A stretch of DNA of 64,000 nt, taken from NCBI RefSeq assembly GCF_009914755.1, contig NC_060940.1, one strand, 5' to 3'. The translations under genes and the position numbers were made by a program. The notes below the pieces were generated by a model. The model was not told the DNA's origin. It did not search any database and saw nothing but the letters and a program-made list of their open reading frames with translations. This document shows, one piece after another, positions 1-12,663 of this stretch (position 1 is the stretch's first letter; each line of letters begins with the position of its first letter). Origin of the DNA: the human T2T-CHM13v2.0 reference genome, Homo sapiens.

Positions 1-632
1 AAGAAAAAGGAGCATTAACCTCGACTATGCCTTTGGCTCCAGCCACCTTTTTAAGAGTAAATTGCTGGGCAGGTGGGGAAGAGATGGTCGCGGAACTAAA
101 CCGTAAGCCGGACCGGGTGTGAGGAGGGGAGGTGATAGAAGGATTATAGGGTGGAGGAGTGGAGGCTGAGGAAGAATTGGGACTTAGCTCGGCCTGGTGA
201 CGAGCAGCCTGGGGAGGAGGGGAAAGGTCAGATGGGTCTGTAGAAAAGGAAGACTGGGAAGACTCAGCAATGCTTGGGGTTGGGACTGAGGGGACAGGCG
301 GGAGGGAAAGGAGGAGGATCTGGGACGAGTTGCGCTGGGCACACAGTCTAGGAAGGGACTGATGTGTAAAAGAATGCCTGGATGTCAGGCACCTCAGACC
401 ATTTGCCCATTTTACAACAAGAATTATTTAGATCTCGTAGGATGGAAAAATGGAAAATGCCATTTTCCGGCTATTTGGAACTACTGTCGAGTTTGTATTG
501 GGGTCAAGTGGCATTGCAGAAGAAAATAAGGCATTTAGGTTTTAGGTCAGGTGTGGGTTGAAGAGGTTTTAAGTTTTTGAGAACACAGGCTAAGGGAGAA
601 GAAGGAGGAATGGAAGGTGGAAGCTTACCCAT
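1..632 (-). pseudogene. gag: HERV-H gag, disrupted (MA region, PPPY late domain, start of CA)
   Basis: ATG at 632-630 gives MGKLPPSIPPSSPLACVLKNLKPLQPTPDLKPKCLIFFCNAT*PQYKLDSSSK*PENGIFHFSILRDLNNSCCKMGKWSEVPDIQAFF. In-frame stops are TGA (506-504) and TAG (473-471). PPPY is encoded at 157-146, and AQQFTLKKVAGAKGIVEVNAPFS at 70-2. Confidence 0.92.
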
Positions 633-1180
633 AGTGAAGGAGGCAAGCCCAGAGAAAAGAGAAGAGACACGGAGAAGGGGTAGGGGTTTCTTGCCTTCCA
701 GAAAAGCAGAGAAAGGGTTGGGGCATGGAAATAAGGAATTGGGGCACAGAGATAAGAGGTTGGGGTGCGGAAATAAGCCATTGGGGGGTTCTTGCCCCTT
801 AGGAAAGTGGGACTTGCCGCTAAGGGTGAAGGAGAAGGGGTTGAGGGGTACTTGCCCCTGCCCCAGGAAAGCGGGACTTGTCGCTGAGGGTGAAGGACCA
901 AGGCAGGTGTCCCTGCATGGTCTGACACCCTTGAAATGTGTGTGTATAATCAGAGAGGCGTCCCTGCAGTGATTAAACACCAAGGGAAGGCTGCCTTCCC
1001 AGTCCGTGACCTGCGCCGGAGTTTGGGTCCATGGCTAAAACGTGTCCCTTTTGTCTCTACCAGAAAATGAAAGGAATTGAAATTAAGAGAAGGGAGAGAT
1101 TGAAGTGTGGCGCCAAAATTGAAAGGAGAAAGAGGTTGAGGGATAGTGAGGGAAGTTGGAGAAGAGAGTAAAAAGAGGCC

Positions 1181-1190
1181 GCTTACCGGA
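1181..1190 (-). promoter_or_regulatory. HERV-H major splice donor (TCCG|GTAAGC)
   Basis: GT at 1186-1185, about 150 nt downstream of the 5' LTR, which is the described position of the HERV-H major donor. Confidence 0.8.
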
Positions 1191-1312
1191 TTTGAAATTG
1201 GTGAGATGTTTCTTGGGCTGGTCGGTCTGAGGACCCGATGTCGTAGGTGGATCTTTCTCACGGAGCAAAGAGCAGGAGGACGAGGGATTGATCTCCCAAG
1301 GGAGGTCCCCCG

Positions 1313-1330
1313 ATCCGAGTCACGGCACCA
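1313..1330 (-). promoter_or_regulatory. Primer-binding site, tRNA-His
   Basis: Minus strand TGGTGCCGTGACTCGGAT is the 18/18 complement of the tRNA-His(GTG) 3' end (ATCCGAGTCACGGCA-CCA). It lies 2 nt from the LTR end. Confidence 0.97.
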
Positions 1331-1332
1331 AA

Positions 1333-1785
1333 TTTCATGCGCGTCCGTGTGAAGAGACCACCAAACAGGCTTTGTGTGAGCAATAAAGCTGTTTATTTCA
1401 CCTGGGAGCAGGTGGGCTGAGTCTGAAAAGAGAGTCAGAGAAGGGAGATAAGGGTGGGGCCGTTTTATAGGATTTGGGTAGGTAAAGGAAAATTACAGTC
1501 AAAGGGGGTTTGTTCTCTGGCGGGCAGGAGTGGGGGTCGCAAGGTGCTCAGTGGGGGAGCTTTTTGAGCCAGGATGAGCCAGGAAAAGGACTTTCACAAG
1601 GTAATGTCATCAGTTAAGGCAAGGACCGACCATTTATACTTCTTTTGTGGTGGAATGTCATCAGTTAAGGTGGGGCAGGGCCTATTCACTTCTTTTGTGA
1701 TTCTTCAGTTACTTCAGGCCATCTGGGCGTATATGTGCAAGTCACAGGGGATGCGATGGCTTGGCTTGGGCTCAGAGGCCTGACA
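1333..1785 (-). mobile_element. LTR7, 5' LTR of HERV-H (LTR7up-like)
   Basis: Minus strand begins TGTCAGGCCTCTGAGCCCAAG and ends CACACGGACGCGCATGAAA (453 bp). TATAAAA at 1469-1463, AATAAA at 1397-1392, duplicated U3 blocks containing ACAAAAGA at 1698-1691 and 1648-1641. Confidence 0.97.
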
Positions 1786-2404
1786 ATCACCCCATGAACT
1801 AATGCAACCATATCAGGCAGATTGCACCCCCCTTTCTGTCTTTTGTTCTCCCCCAGGCGCACTTGCCAGCTTCCTCTTTCTACGTCCTCCTGGGCATACC
1901 CAGCCTTCATCATGAAGTTGTGTCTATTTTCCACTCACACGCTTCCCAGGAAGAGTCCTGGACAGCGTATCAGGATCTCTCATTTTCTTGCTTGAACTCA
2001 CTGCAGGCTCATCTTGTGGCGAGGCTCACCACCCACCATGCCAGGTCTTGTCAGTGCCCTGGGGCAGCGTGGATGGGCTGCCAATGCTTTCAGCTAACAG
2101 ACAGCAGCAAAGGCCATCGCCTCCTTCTGACAGAATCAGAAGGTGGAACCAGGCCAGTGTAGGGTGGGACCAGAACTGATGTCTGGACACACGACCCGTA
2201 GACTGTCCCTGCCATTGGAGAGCTGGGGACCGCGCCACAGGAGGCTGCGTGGTTATCGCCTGTGAGCCACGAAGACCTTCATTTCCTCATCTGTGTTTAC
2301 TTTGTGTCTCCTCTGAATGTGATCCTATGTTCTGGGTGGTGGTTGTTTCCCGAAATGGCTGCATTTCAAATATGCTGTTCTTTTCCCATCAATAGTTTCT
2401 TGCC

Positions 2405-3040
<636 letters not shown>

Positions 3041-4165
3041 GATTCCAGGCTTTGGTAACTGGGGGATGTTGGTGCTAGAAGCAGAAGAACATAGGCAAGC
3101 AGGCATTCCTGCATAAGAATATCACTGGGCTAGAGCAGACCTTTCTCATCTGTAAGAAAAAAGCTATTAATGCCTACCTCCCCACCCCCAGCTAATGTCA
3201 ATGCTCTACAAGCTTCTAGCCTGTCGTATAACTTACAACTCTTGCTTTATGGTTATGCAAAGACCATAAACTATTTAAACCTCGCTAACACCATTGTGTC
3301 ATCCCAGTCATGGATAGGCTGGCTATGCCTAGGAGGATGTAGAAAGAGAGGGGCTGGAGGGGCAGGGGAGTTGCTGAGGGGCCTTGCTAGCCACGGTAAG
3401 TGCCACCGTGTGATGTTGGCTCCTGGACTCTGAAAGCCAGGGGGAAACACTTGCCTGCACTTTATCCTATAGGTGGGAGGTAGCCTCCAAGGGCTTTGTT
3501 CAAGGCATGGAGTGCTAAGAACTGGGCTTTGGGCCAGCAGAAGGCCGTGAATGAGGTTCCCATCACCTGTGCCCTACCTGGCCTTGGCTGTCCACTGGTC
3601 CATCGCCTCCTGGGGCTGTCCCCACAGAACCCTGCCAGCATCCCTGGCAAGCGTGTGTTTGGCGTGGACTCGTGGCCAGGTGTGCTCGTGTACACATGCG
3701 TGAGCAGTGATGCGTATCAGAGCCCCCTGAGATGCATATTTTCTTAGAGGTCAGATACAGAGATGTGGACTCACAGAGCTCAACGGGGAGCAGGGAAGGG
3801 ACTGAACATGAGTTATATTAGCCAAGCCCAACCCCCACTTTATTTTTCCATGCCTGAAAATAATCATACCTTTTTAGTCGTGTGAAGCCTAGTACTCCAG
3901 GAAAAAGGCACGGAGATTTAAGAAGCCCTGAATACGGTTTTGGCCAAGCACTACCTCCTAGATTCCCCTGCAACATTCTGAGACTTGGAGAGAAGAGGGG
4001 GAGAAGACCCCAGCTGTCATTCTCTGTATTGTCCATTTCTTCTCCCTTGTTCCACATTCATTCCCTAACATCCCTCTGCAAGTTGCTTTTCGTTTAAACA
4101 CCGCACGTAAAAGCACAGTGTCTGGTTTTGGTGGCACAGGTCATCTATTGCAAAAGGATGTCTAA

Positions 4166-4241
4166 GAGGGATAACTACAGTGTGCTTTCGGGGACTTCCC
4201 AAGGAGGGATAACTAGGGTGTGCTTTGGGGGACTTCCCAAG
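4166..4241 (+). repeat. 2 x 38-bp tandem duplication, each unit with GGGGACTTCCC
   Basis: gagggataactacagtgtgctttcggggacttcccaag / gagggataactagggtgtgctttgggggacttcccaag (3 mismatches). Confidence 0.93.
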
Positions 4242-4454
4242 GGGGCCTGAAACAAAGGAACAGATACAAAGCCTGTGGGACCTGTGCAGCCCTAAGCTGG
4301 AAGATTTCCAGCCAAGTAACAGCAGTTAGGGGAGAAAGATCTTTAATATATTCCAATCAGACCAAGTCAAAGTGAGCTCAAAGTCACTTCTTGATAAACG
4401 TCTGAAAAGACAAAAGTCTGTCTTTAGTCCTGTATCTTCCTCTGTTTAAACTTT

Positions 4455-4821
<367 letters not shown>

Positions 4822-7492
4822 TTCTCCTTTATTTTAAAGCAACTCCTTTCCCCTACATCCTTGGCCCTCCCCACCATCCACCCATCTGTGATCTTGTGGA
4901 CCCTCAGCTCCTCTGCCCTACCAAAACTTATTCAAAGGAAAAAGCAGGAAAAAGAAAAAAAAATGATGTCAGTCATTTACATGTTAGTATAAATAAGCTG
5001 TGGAAGGATTCCTTTTCTGGGCTGAGCTTGGCCTTTTGGTGCCAGTTGCTTCAGGGCTTGACCCAGCAGGTGAGCTGTAGCTGAGCCCGTCTATAGCTGT
5101 GGTGGCTCCTGCCTGGGGTAGATGTAGACACTTTTCCAGTTGCAAACTCATCAAAGATGTTTGTGCACACATGTGTGCATGTACATTGGGTCCGCGCATG
5201 TGTGCCTGAAACACTGCCCGGGTTGCCCTCCAGAAAGGAAACAAGTGTGCATTCACACATTGGAACAAGCCAGCCATGTCTCTCCGTAGCAAGAGAGGAA
5301 GCGGGGACTCCAGCATTTTTTTTAAATGGTAGTGGGCACTGACTCAAAGACGCCTGTTAAGAAAAACTCCATGTTCCTCTCTCTGCTGACTCATTTGGTA
5401 AGAATTACAAACCCAGATGCCAACATGTGGCCAACCACATGAGCCTGCACTGAGGAATAAAAGACAGGATCATTTGAGTTCTATGTGAACAAACAACAGA
5501 GATTCAGTTACATTTTCTCTCCATCTTTTTTTTTTTTTCAATGTCAGGAATTTCAGCAGTTCCACATTAGGCATTCTGTGGGACCCCCTTGTGTCAGCAG
5601 CTCCAGATTGGAGGGAAGAGGCCACACACTGGCACCTCTTGTGTTATTTCTTAAGGAAGGGAGAGAGTCTTGCTATGTAATGGGGACAGGAAATCTAAAA
5701 CCCTCAATTATCTGATTTTCCAGCTGAGTCCTCGAAGTAACAACATGGCCAAGGTTGGGAGGAGACTGGCCTGGGAGTCAGAAACCCTGGCTCTCGCCTC
5801 ACCCTCCACTGCTGCCTTGCACCCTCATTTTCTTATCAGCAAGTGGGAGAGTTGGTGTGGCTCAGGGGAGGCAGTTCCAGGGCACACACCCCCAGCAGAG
5901 CCCTCCCCCGGCACCCTCTGTTGGCGGCCACGCATTCCCCCACTGACCTCAGCATCTTCCTCAACCCAGCTCTCTCTGAGCGATTAAGGATTCAGCAGAA
6001 ACCTCTCTATTCTGTGTGGTGGTCACTGGTGCTGTTTGCCAACCATTTCCTGCCACGCCCATCCATCAGTCCCCATTGGGGCTGGGTGGGCACCTGACTA
6101 ATTCAGCCAATGAAGGATGAGCCAGTGAAGAATGGGCTAGGGCGTTTAATTGCTGAATGGCGGCCTCCAAACCCCCTTTTGGGGGTCAGGGGAGCAACTG
6201 AAGTGGCCAAGACGGCCACCACTGCATGGGCCATGTCCTTGGGGGCTTCTGTGAATAGCAGCCCCTGCCTTCTGTGACGGGCCTGCAGCGTGAACAGGGA
6301 ATGGCCTTTTCTCTCTTTAAACATAAACCTGGAGGTCAAGGTTGTTTGTGACCTGGGCGAGGCGCAACCTCTCCTCGATGATCCATCCCCTACAGCCCCA
6401 TGCTCTGCAGCGTTTCAGGTCTGGGTCTGGTCACTGGACCATTCTGCCCGACTCCAAGCATCCCTCGGAGTTCATCACATCCTCACACCCAACCGGAGAG
6501 TTCATTGAAGGGACTCCCACGGAGTCAGCTCTCAGATCTGTGAACTGATCCTTTAGGCTCAAGTTTTTCAAGCATCGAGAGGCACCAAAGCCAGTGTTGG
6601 AAGCCGGAGCCCACAACTTCCAGGGCAGAACGCAGCGTGTTCAGGGGCCTCAAGTCACTCACGGATCTTAGCAAATAGCAGCTCTGTGTCCAGCTCTGTC
6701 TGCATAACACTTTCCATTTTGAAAAGCCATTTCTCCTCCCATTTTTCCTTAAGGCTCCTAACCCTGGGGTGTCCAGGGCTGTCCGAGCCTGTGTCTTTAT
6801 TCCTAAACCTTTCCTCTAGACCAGCAGGAACCACGAAGCCTCTTCTGGCACTAAGCGATGTCTAAGGAGAGGGAAGCAGCGCTGCGTGGGCTGCCGGCTG
6901 ATGCAATCCGACTCACCCAGAGGCTCCTCTCCTGCAGGACCCGAGCATCACTCAGCACCAACAGCGTGCACAGAGACAGGCGCTCCTTCCCTCGAGGGCC
7001 TCACAGACCGGGGATGGCAGAGTGGGCAGCAGAGAGGAGCCACCTGAGTGAGGCTTGGAGAGGAATCTGTCAGCCTCGAGGGCCCCAGCGAGAAGGCTGG
7101 CTTCCCGCAGCGAAGCTTTGGAAGAGAACCGGCGTCCCATGACGGTTCGTCCCTTTGGGGTCTGGCGGCCGGCCTCCGCAGCTGGGCTTTCTGTGTGCGC
7201 ACTGGACACCTTGAAAAACCATCTGTAAGACAGGCAGCGTAATCCACTCCTCATCACCTTGTGGAGGAGGGATGGAGACCCAGCTTGCTGAGGGCCTGAG
7301 CCTGGGGCCTGATGCCTTCTGAAAAACCCATCACACGGTAGCTGGTGTTCCCGTATCTCCAACAGGAAAGGGGCAGCTCGAAAATCTAATGCACCCCCCA
7401 CACACATTTTATCCCTGCCACGCCTGGCCATAAGCCAACATGAGGACTTACTTTGGACATAGGAGGAGGCTTTTAGAAGCCTGACAAGTCTT

Positions 7493-7830
7493 TTTCTTCC
7501 CCCGCTTCAACTTTTATTTTAAGTTCCAGGCTACATGTGCAGGATGTGCAGGTTTGTTACATAGGTAAACGTGCGCCATGGTGGTTTGCTGCTCCTGTCA
7601 ACCCATCACCTAGGTATTAAGCCCCTCATGCATTAGCTATTTATCCTGATGCTCTCGCTCCCCTCACACTCCTGAAACAGGCCGCGGTGTGTGTTGTTTC
7701 CCATCATGTGTCCACGTGTTCTCGTCGTTCAGCTCCCACTTATCAGTGACAACAGGCGATGTTTGGGTTTTCTGTTCCTGCGTTAGTCTGCTGAGGATAA
7801 CGCCTTCCAGCACCATCCATGTCCCTGCAA
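7493..7830 (-). mobile_element. 5'-truncated L1 3' end (older L1PA/L1PB-like)
   Basis: Contains acatgtgcaggatgtgcaggtttgttacataggtaaac...ctgaggataa. TSD agaagcctgacaagtctt (7475-7492) / agaggctgacaagtctt (7831-7847). Confidence 0.92.
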
Positions 7831-8338
7831 AGAGGCTGACAAGTCTTAAAGGTGCGGCAGCTCCATCTAGCAAGCTTCCCGGCCCACGAGATGTTTGCCA
7901 CGTGCACAGAGCCCTTCTGTTGAACATGCTCAGAGATGTTGAGGAGAAGAAACATTGAGGATGCTCTACTCTTGTTTATGGCCATTTACAACATTTCCAT
8001 TTAAAAATTAGTTTTCCAAATTTTGTTCTGTAATGATGAAATCGTTCGCTGTACAGCGGGGACCTGGCACTGCACCCTGTTCCCTGGAGCTTTAGTGCGC
8101 ACCCACGGGCACACATGTATCAGAACGCGCGCTGTGCAGAGTGAAGTCAGCTTGATTAGGTGGCACGGCCAACACCTCTCTACCCGCCTCATGGAGTTCG
8201 CAAGCCATTTTAACAGTGGAACGGGATTCCTGGCCATTTTTGTTCCCTCCTTTGCAATGTGCTGTTTTAGTTTTTTCTAAATTCTGTATGTGGGACACAC
8301 ATTACCTTTGTAATCCCATTTTGTGGTTAAAACAATAA

Positions 8339-8659
<321 letters not shown>

Positions 8660-8684
8660 ACATCTTCAACTCTTTTTAGGAACT

Positions 8685-8830
8685 TTTACATGCATTATCT
8701 CATTGCATTTCCACCACTCCCGTGAGGCACTTGGAGTTAGTGCCATCTTACAGATGGGGACATGGGCTCAGAGAGGTGCCGTGACTTGCCCAGGGGTGCA
8801 CAGCTCACAAGAGGCTGAGCTAGAATTTGG
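8685..8830 (-). mobile_element. MIR
   Basis: MIR core ttacagatgggga...gctcagagagg...tgacttgcccagg. Confidence 0.75.
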
Positions 8831-9344
8831 AATTGTTTTTCATCCAGGACAGCTCTTTATGTGGAACCGCAGCTGCCTCCTTTGACAGATTAAAGGTTCT
8901 TGGGGAAATATCACTGTTAGGATGACAGGTTTTCAGCCTTAGTTGGAAGAACCATTTTCTTGAGCAGGCAAGAGGTAGAATTCACTCTCCTTGAGAGAGA
9001 ACCCTGAAAACAACTGAACCCTTTCTCCCTCTCCTTTCATGCTCAGCTTCAAAACAAATATATTTTGACTGTGTTTAGATTAAAAGAAAGTAGAGAGAGA
9101 GACATTTACTAGTGGTCGGTATTGTGTACACTCTGTAACTACAAAATCATTTCTATTTATTTGGAAAGGTCTAACCTCGTATTCTCTCAAACAACCCGTG
9201 TGATGGCCACAAAAAGGAAAACTCAGCAACAGTAGTGATCGTTGAAAATGGAGAACTTAGAGGACATGGAACTGAGTGTGGGGTTTGTTTTGTTTTTTTG
9301 ACACGTGAGGGACTCAGATCATGGAAACTGCTGCTTTTCTAACT

Positions 9345-9610
9345 TCATGGTGCGAAAACACTTCTGTTCCAAGAACACCTGATACATAAAAAATACTGAG
9401 GATCCTCAAACTGTCCCTTCTGCGGGTCATAGCCATCAATATGTATCGTATTAGAAAATGAAACAAAGTAATTTTTAACGTATTCCACGTCTTGATTCAC
9501 TTTAAAGTAATCATAAGCCCATTTCACATTAACACGAAAAATATATTTTTATAAGAAATAAGTATCTTACAAAACCAAAAAATGTGGTGAGGAGAGTGGC
9601 CCTGGTCCAC
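9345..9610. mobile_element. Probable hAT-Charlie DNA transposon remnant
   Basis: gaggatcctcaaa...atatgtatcgtattagaaaatgaaac resembles Charlie-type internal sequence. Family uncertain. Confidence 0.4.
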
Positions 9611-9719
9611 ATTTCTGCCTCTGTCTTTATTTGGTATCTGGCTTAGCAGAGTGTGGCTGGGTCCTTGCCCTCCACCGCTCTTTATCACAGCCAGTTTCCC
9701 GGAACTCACTGCCGCTCAC

Positions 9720-9850
9720 CAACAGAGGAAGAAACCAAGGCCCAGAGGGTGGAAACCCGGGCCTGAAGTCACGCAGCTGTGAGCAGCCGAGGCCGGGCCT
9801 GGATCCAGCTCCATCTGACTCCAAACCCAGTGTTCTTCACCACTGCGCAG
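9720..9850 (-). mobile_element. MIR fragment
   Basis: acagaggaagaaaccaaggcccagagg...gtcacgcagct...ctgactccaaa. Confidence 0.65.
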
Positions 9851-9923
9851 GGTCCTCCCCCAGGTGGATGGAGGCAGCAGTAAGGAATTGGATTGCAGCC
9901 TCTTTTTAAAAAATCTCCACCTG

Positions 9924-10229
<306 letters not shown>

Positions 10230-10325
10230 CTACTTTGAAGCTGCTCGAAGACCCCAGAGTATCCATCCCATGCCTATTGGCTGGGCTGAACCATGTATGT
10301 GCCCTGTCTCACTGTCAAGTTTTAG

Positions 10326-10927
<602 letters not shown>

Positions 10928-11019
10928 TCATTTTTATTTGATTCCATGAGCTTTCAGCAATTGTGGAGTACTTTCTGTGGCTGGGCACTCCTCTGAGCTT
11001 CTCATAAACTTGCACTCTG

Positions 11020-11140
11020 TTCACCCTCATGGTAACCCTATAGTGGAGGTACAGTTTTCATTCCCATTTTATATATGAGGAAACAGACTCAAGGTGCTGA
11101 GACAAAGCCGAGATTTGGAGCCGGGCACTCCAGCTCCAGC
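11020..11140 (-). mobile_element. MIR fragment
   Basis: cccattttatatatgaggaaacagactcaag. Confidence 0.6.
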
Positions 11141-11986
11141 TAAAGGATTTCTTGTTCTGGTCTAGGAGGTCACCTGGAGGCAGCGAAGGGCCAGCCTCTG
11201 CCCGGAATGCTTGGAACAACTTCCCATTTCAGCATCAGCTTACTAGAGAGTGTGTGAGTTGTTGAGATAATGAGAGCTGAGAAAGTGCCTGCAAAGCACC
11301 TAACACAGGAAAATGAGCTCTCATTAACATCTGCTTTAGGATCCACGATGCTCCCCCTTCTCTCTCCTTCCTGTCTCTGTGGAGCCCCCGCCGCTCACTG
11401 TCCTTCCCTCTCACCCTGAGGACGGTCTGGCCAGCAGCATGAAATCCCCACACAGCCTCCATGGGCCAGGGATGTGGAAAGTGGCAAAAAGGCCTTGCCT
11501 TGGTGAATGGGGGTTTTCAACCTTATCTCAGATTCTCTTGAATTTGGCTGGTGGGTTTGCGTCTGCGGGTGTTTCTGAAAGGGTTTTTTGTGGTCAGAGT
11601 GTGGAAGAAAAATGAGAACCAGGAAGGAAACAGGCTTGACTTTGTGAAGCAGCATTCCAGGTTTCAAAGGAAATTGAGGGTGAGTCTGGGGTAAGGGCCT
11701 GGCTATGGATTTGAAGCAGGTTCCAGGACTGTGGGCAGAGCTTGGAAGGAACCTGCCGCCACCGCACCCTCCTGACCCTGCTGTGCTGTGTCTGCTTTCC
11801 TGCACTGACCTGACACACAGACTTCTGTTATTATTGCCCCAGGAAAGCAACTCTGGTTAACCCTTGTCTTAATATCTCCAAAAAGTAGCAGGATAGGATC
11901 CACTGTTAGGTAGCAACTTGCTCAAGCTGTGTGACCCTGGGCAAGTTACTTACCCTCTCTGGGCCTCAGTTCCCATATCTGTAATA

Positions 11987-12369
11987 TTAGGTTGGGCAAA
12001 AGTAATTGTGGTTTTCACCATTAAAAGTGATGTCAGCCGGACACAGTGGCTCACGCCTGTAATCCCAACACTTTGACAGGCCGAGGCAGGTGGATCACCT
12101 GAGGACTGGAGTTCAATACCAGCCTGGCCAACATGGGAAACCCCATCTCTACTAAAAACACAAAAATTAACCAGGCGTGGTGGCATGCACCTGTAATCCC
12201 AGCTACTTGGGAGGCTGAGACAGGCTAATCGTTTGAACCCGGGAGACAGAGATTGCAGTAAGCCGAGATTGTGCCACTACACTCCAGCCTGGGCAACAAG
12301 AGAGAAACTGTTTCTCAAAAAAAAAAAAAAAAGTAATGGCAAAACCATAATGACTTTTGCACCAACCTA
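11987..12369. mobile_element. MADE1 (Hsmar1-derived MITE) interrupted by an Alu
   Basis: Left TIR ttaggttgggcaaaagtaattgtggttttcaccatt (11987-12022). Right TIR aatggcaaaaccataatgacttttgcaccaaccta (12335-12369). Confidence 0.9.
12035..12328 (+). mobile_element. Alu (AluS) inserted at the centre of MADE1
   Basis: Full dimer. Imperfect TSD aaaagtgatgtc / aaaagtaatggc. Confidence 0.95.
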
Positions 12370-12408
12370 TGGTATTGTCAACCTAATGTAAGGATAACAC
12401 TAATACAT

Positions 12409-12663
12409 TTTTTTTTTTTTTTTTGAGATGGAATCTTGCTCTGCCGCCCAGGCTGGAGTGCAGTGGCTCTCGGCTCACTGCAAGCTTCGCCTCCTGGGTT
12501 CACACCATTCTCCTGCCTCAGCCTCCCTAGTAGATGGGACTACAGGCGCCCTGCACCATGCCCGGCTAATATTTTTTGTATTTTTAGTACAGACGGGGTT
12601 TCACCATGTTAGCTAGGATGGTCTCGATTTCCTGACCTCGTGATGTGCCTGCCTCGGCGTCCC
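12409..12663 (-). mobile_element. 5'-truncated AluY-like
   Basis: gcaagcttcgcctcctgggttcacaccattc. Perfect 12-bp TSD acactaatacat (12397-12408 and 12664-12675). Confidence 0.93.

Larger units (their letters stand above)
1..1332 (-). mobile_element. HERV-H internal sequence (5' leader/pre-gag and 5' part of gag); the provirus continues beyond the window start
   Basis: Directly follows LTR7 and a tRNA-His PBS on the minus strand. Pyrimidine-rich leader with ~50-bp imperfect direct repeats (about 785-833 and 843-897). HERV-H Gag peptides are recognisable. Confidence 0.97.

Noticed and set aside
504-983. 159-aa ORF as a functional gene
   Set aside because: It is the HERV-H pre-gag leader read into the first 42 Gag codons and ends at a premature stop. 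It is a pseudogene fragment.
1313-1330. tRNA-His gene
   Set aside because: Only the 18-nt 3' end including CCA matches. It is the retroviral PBS.
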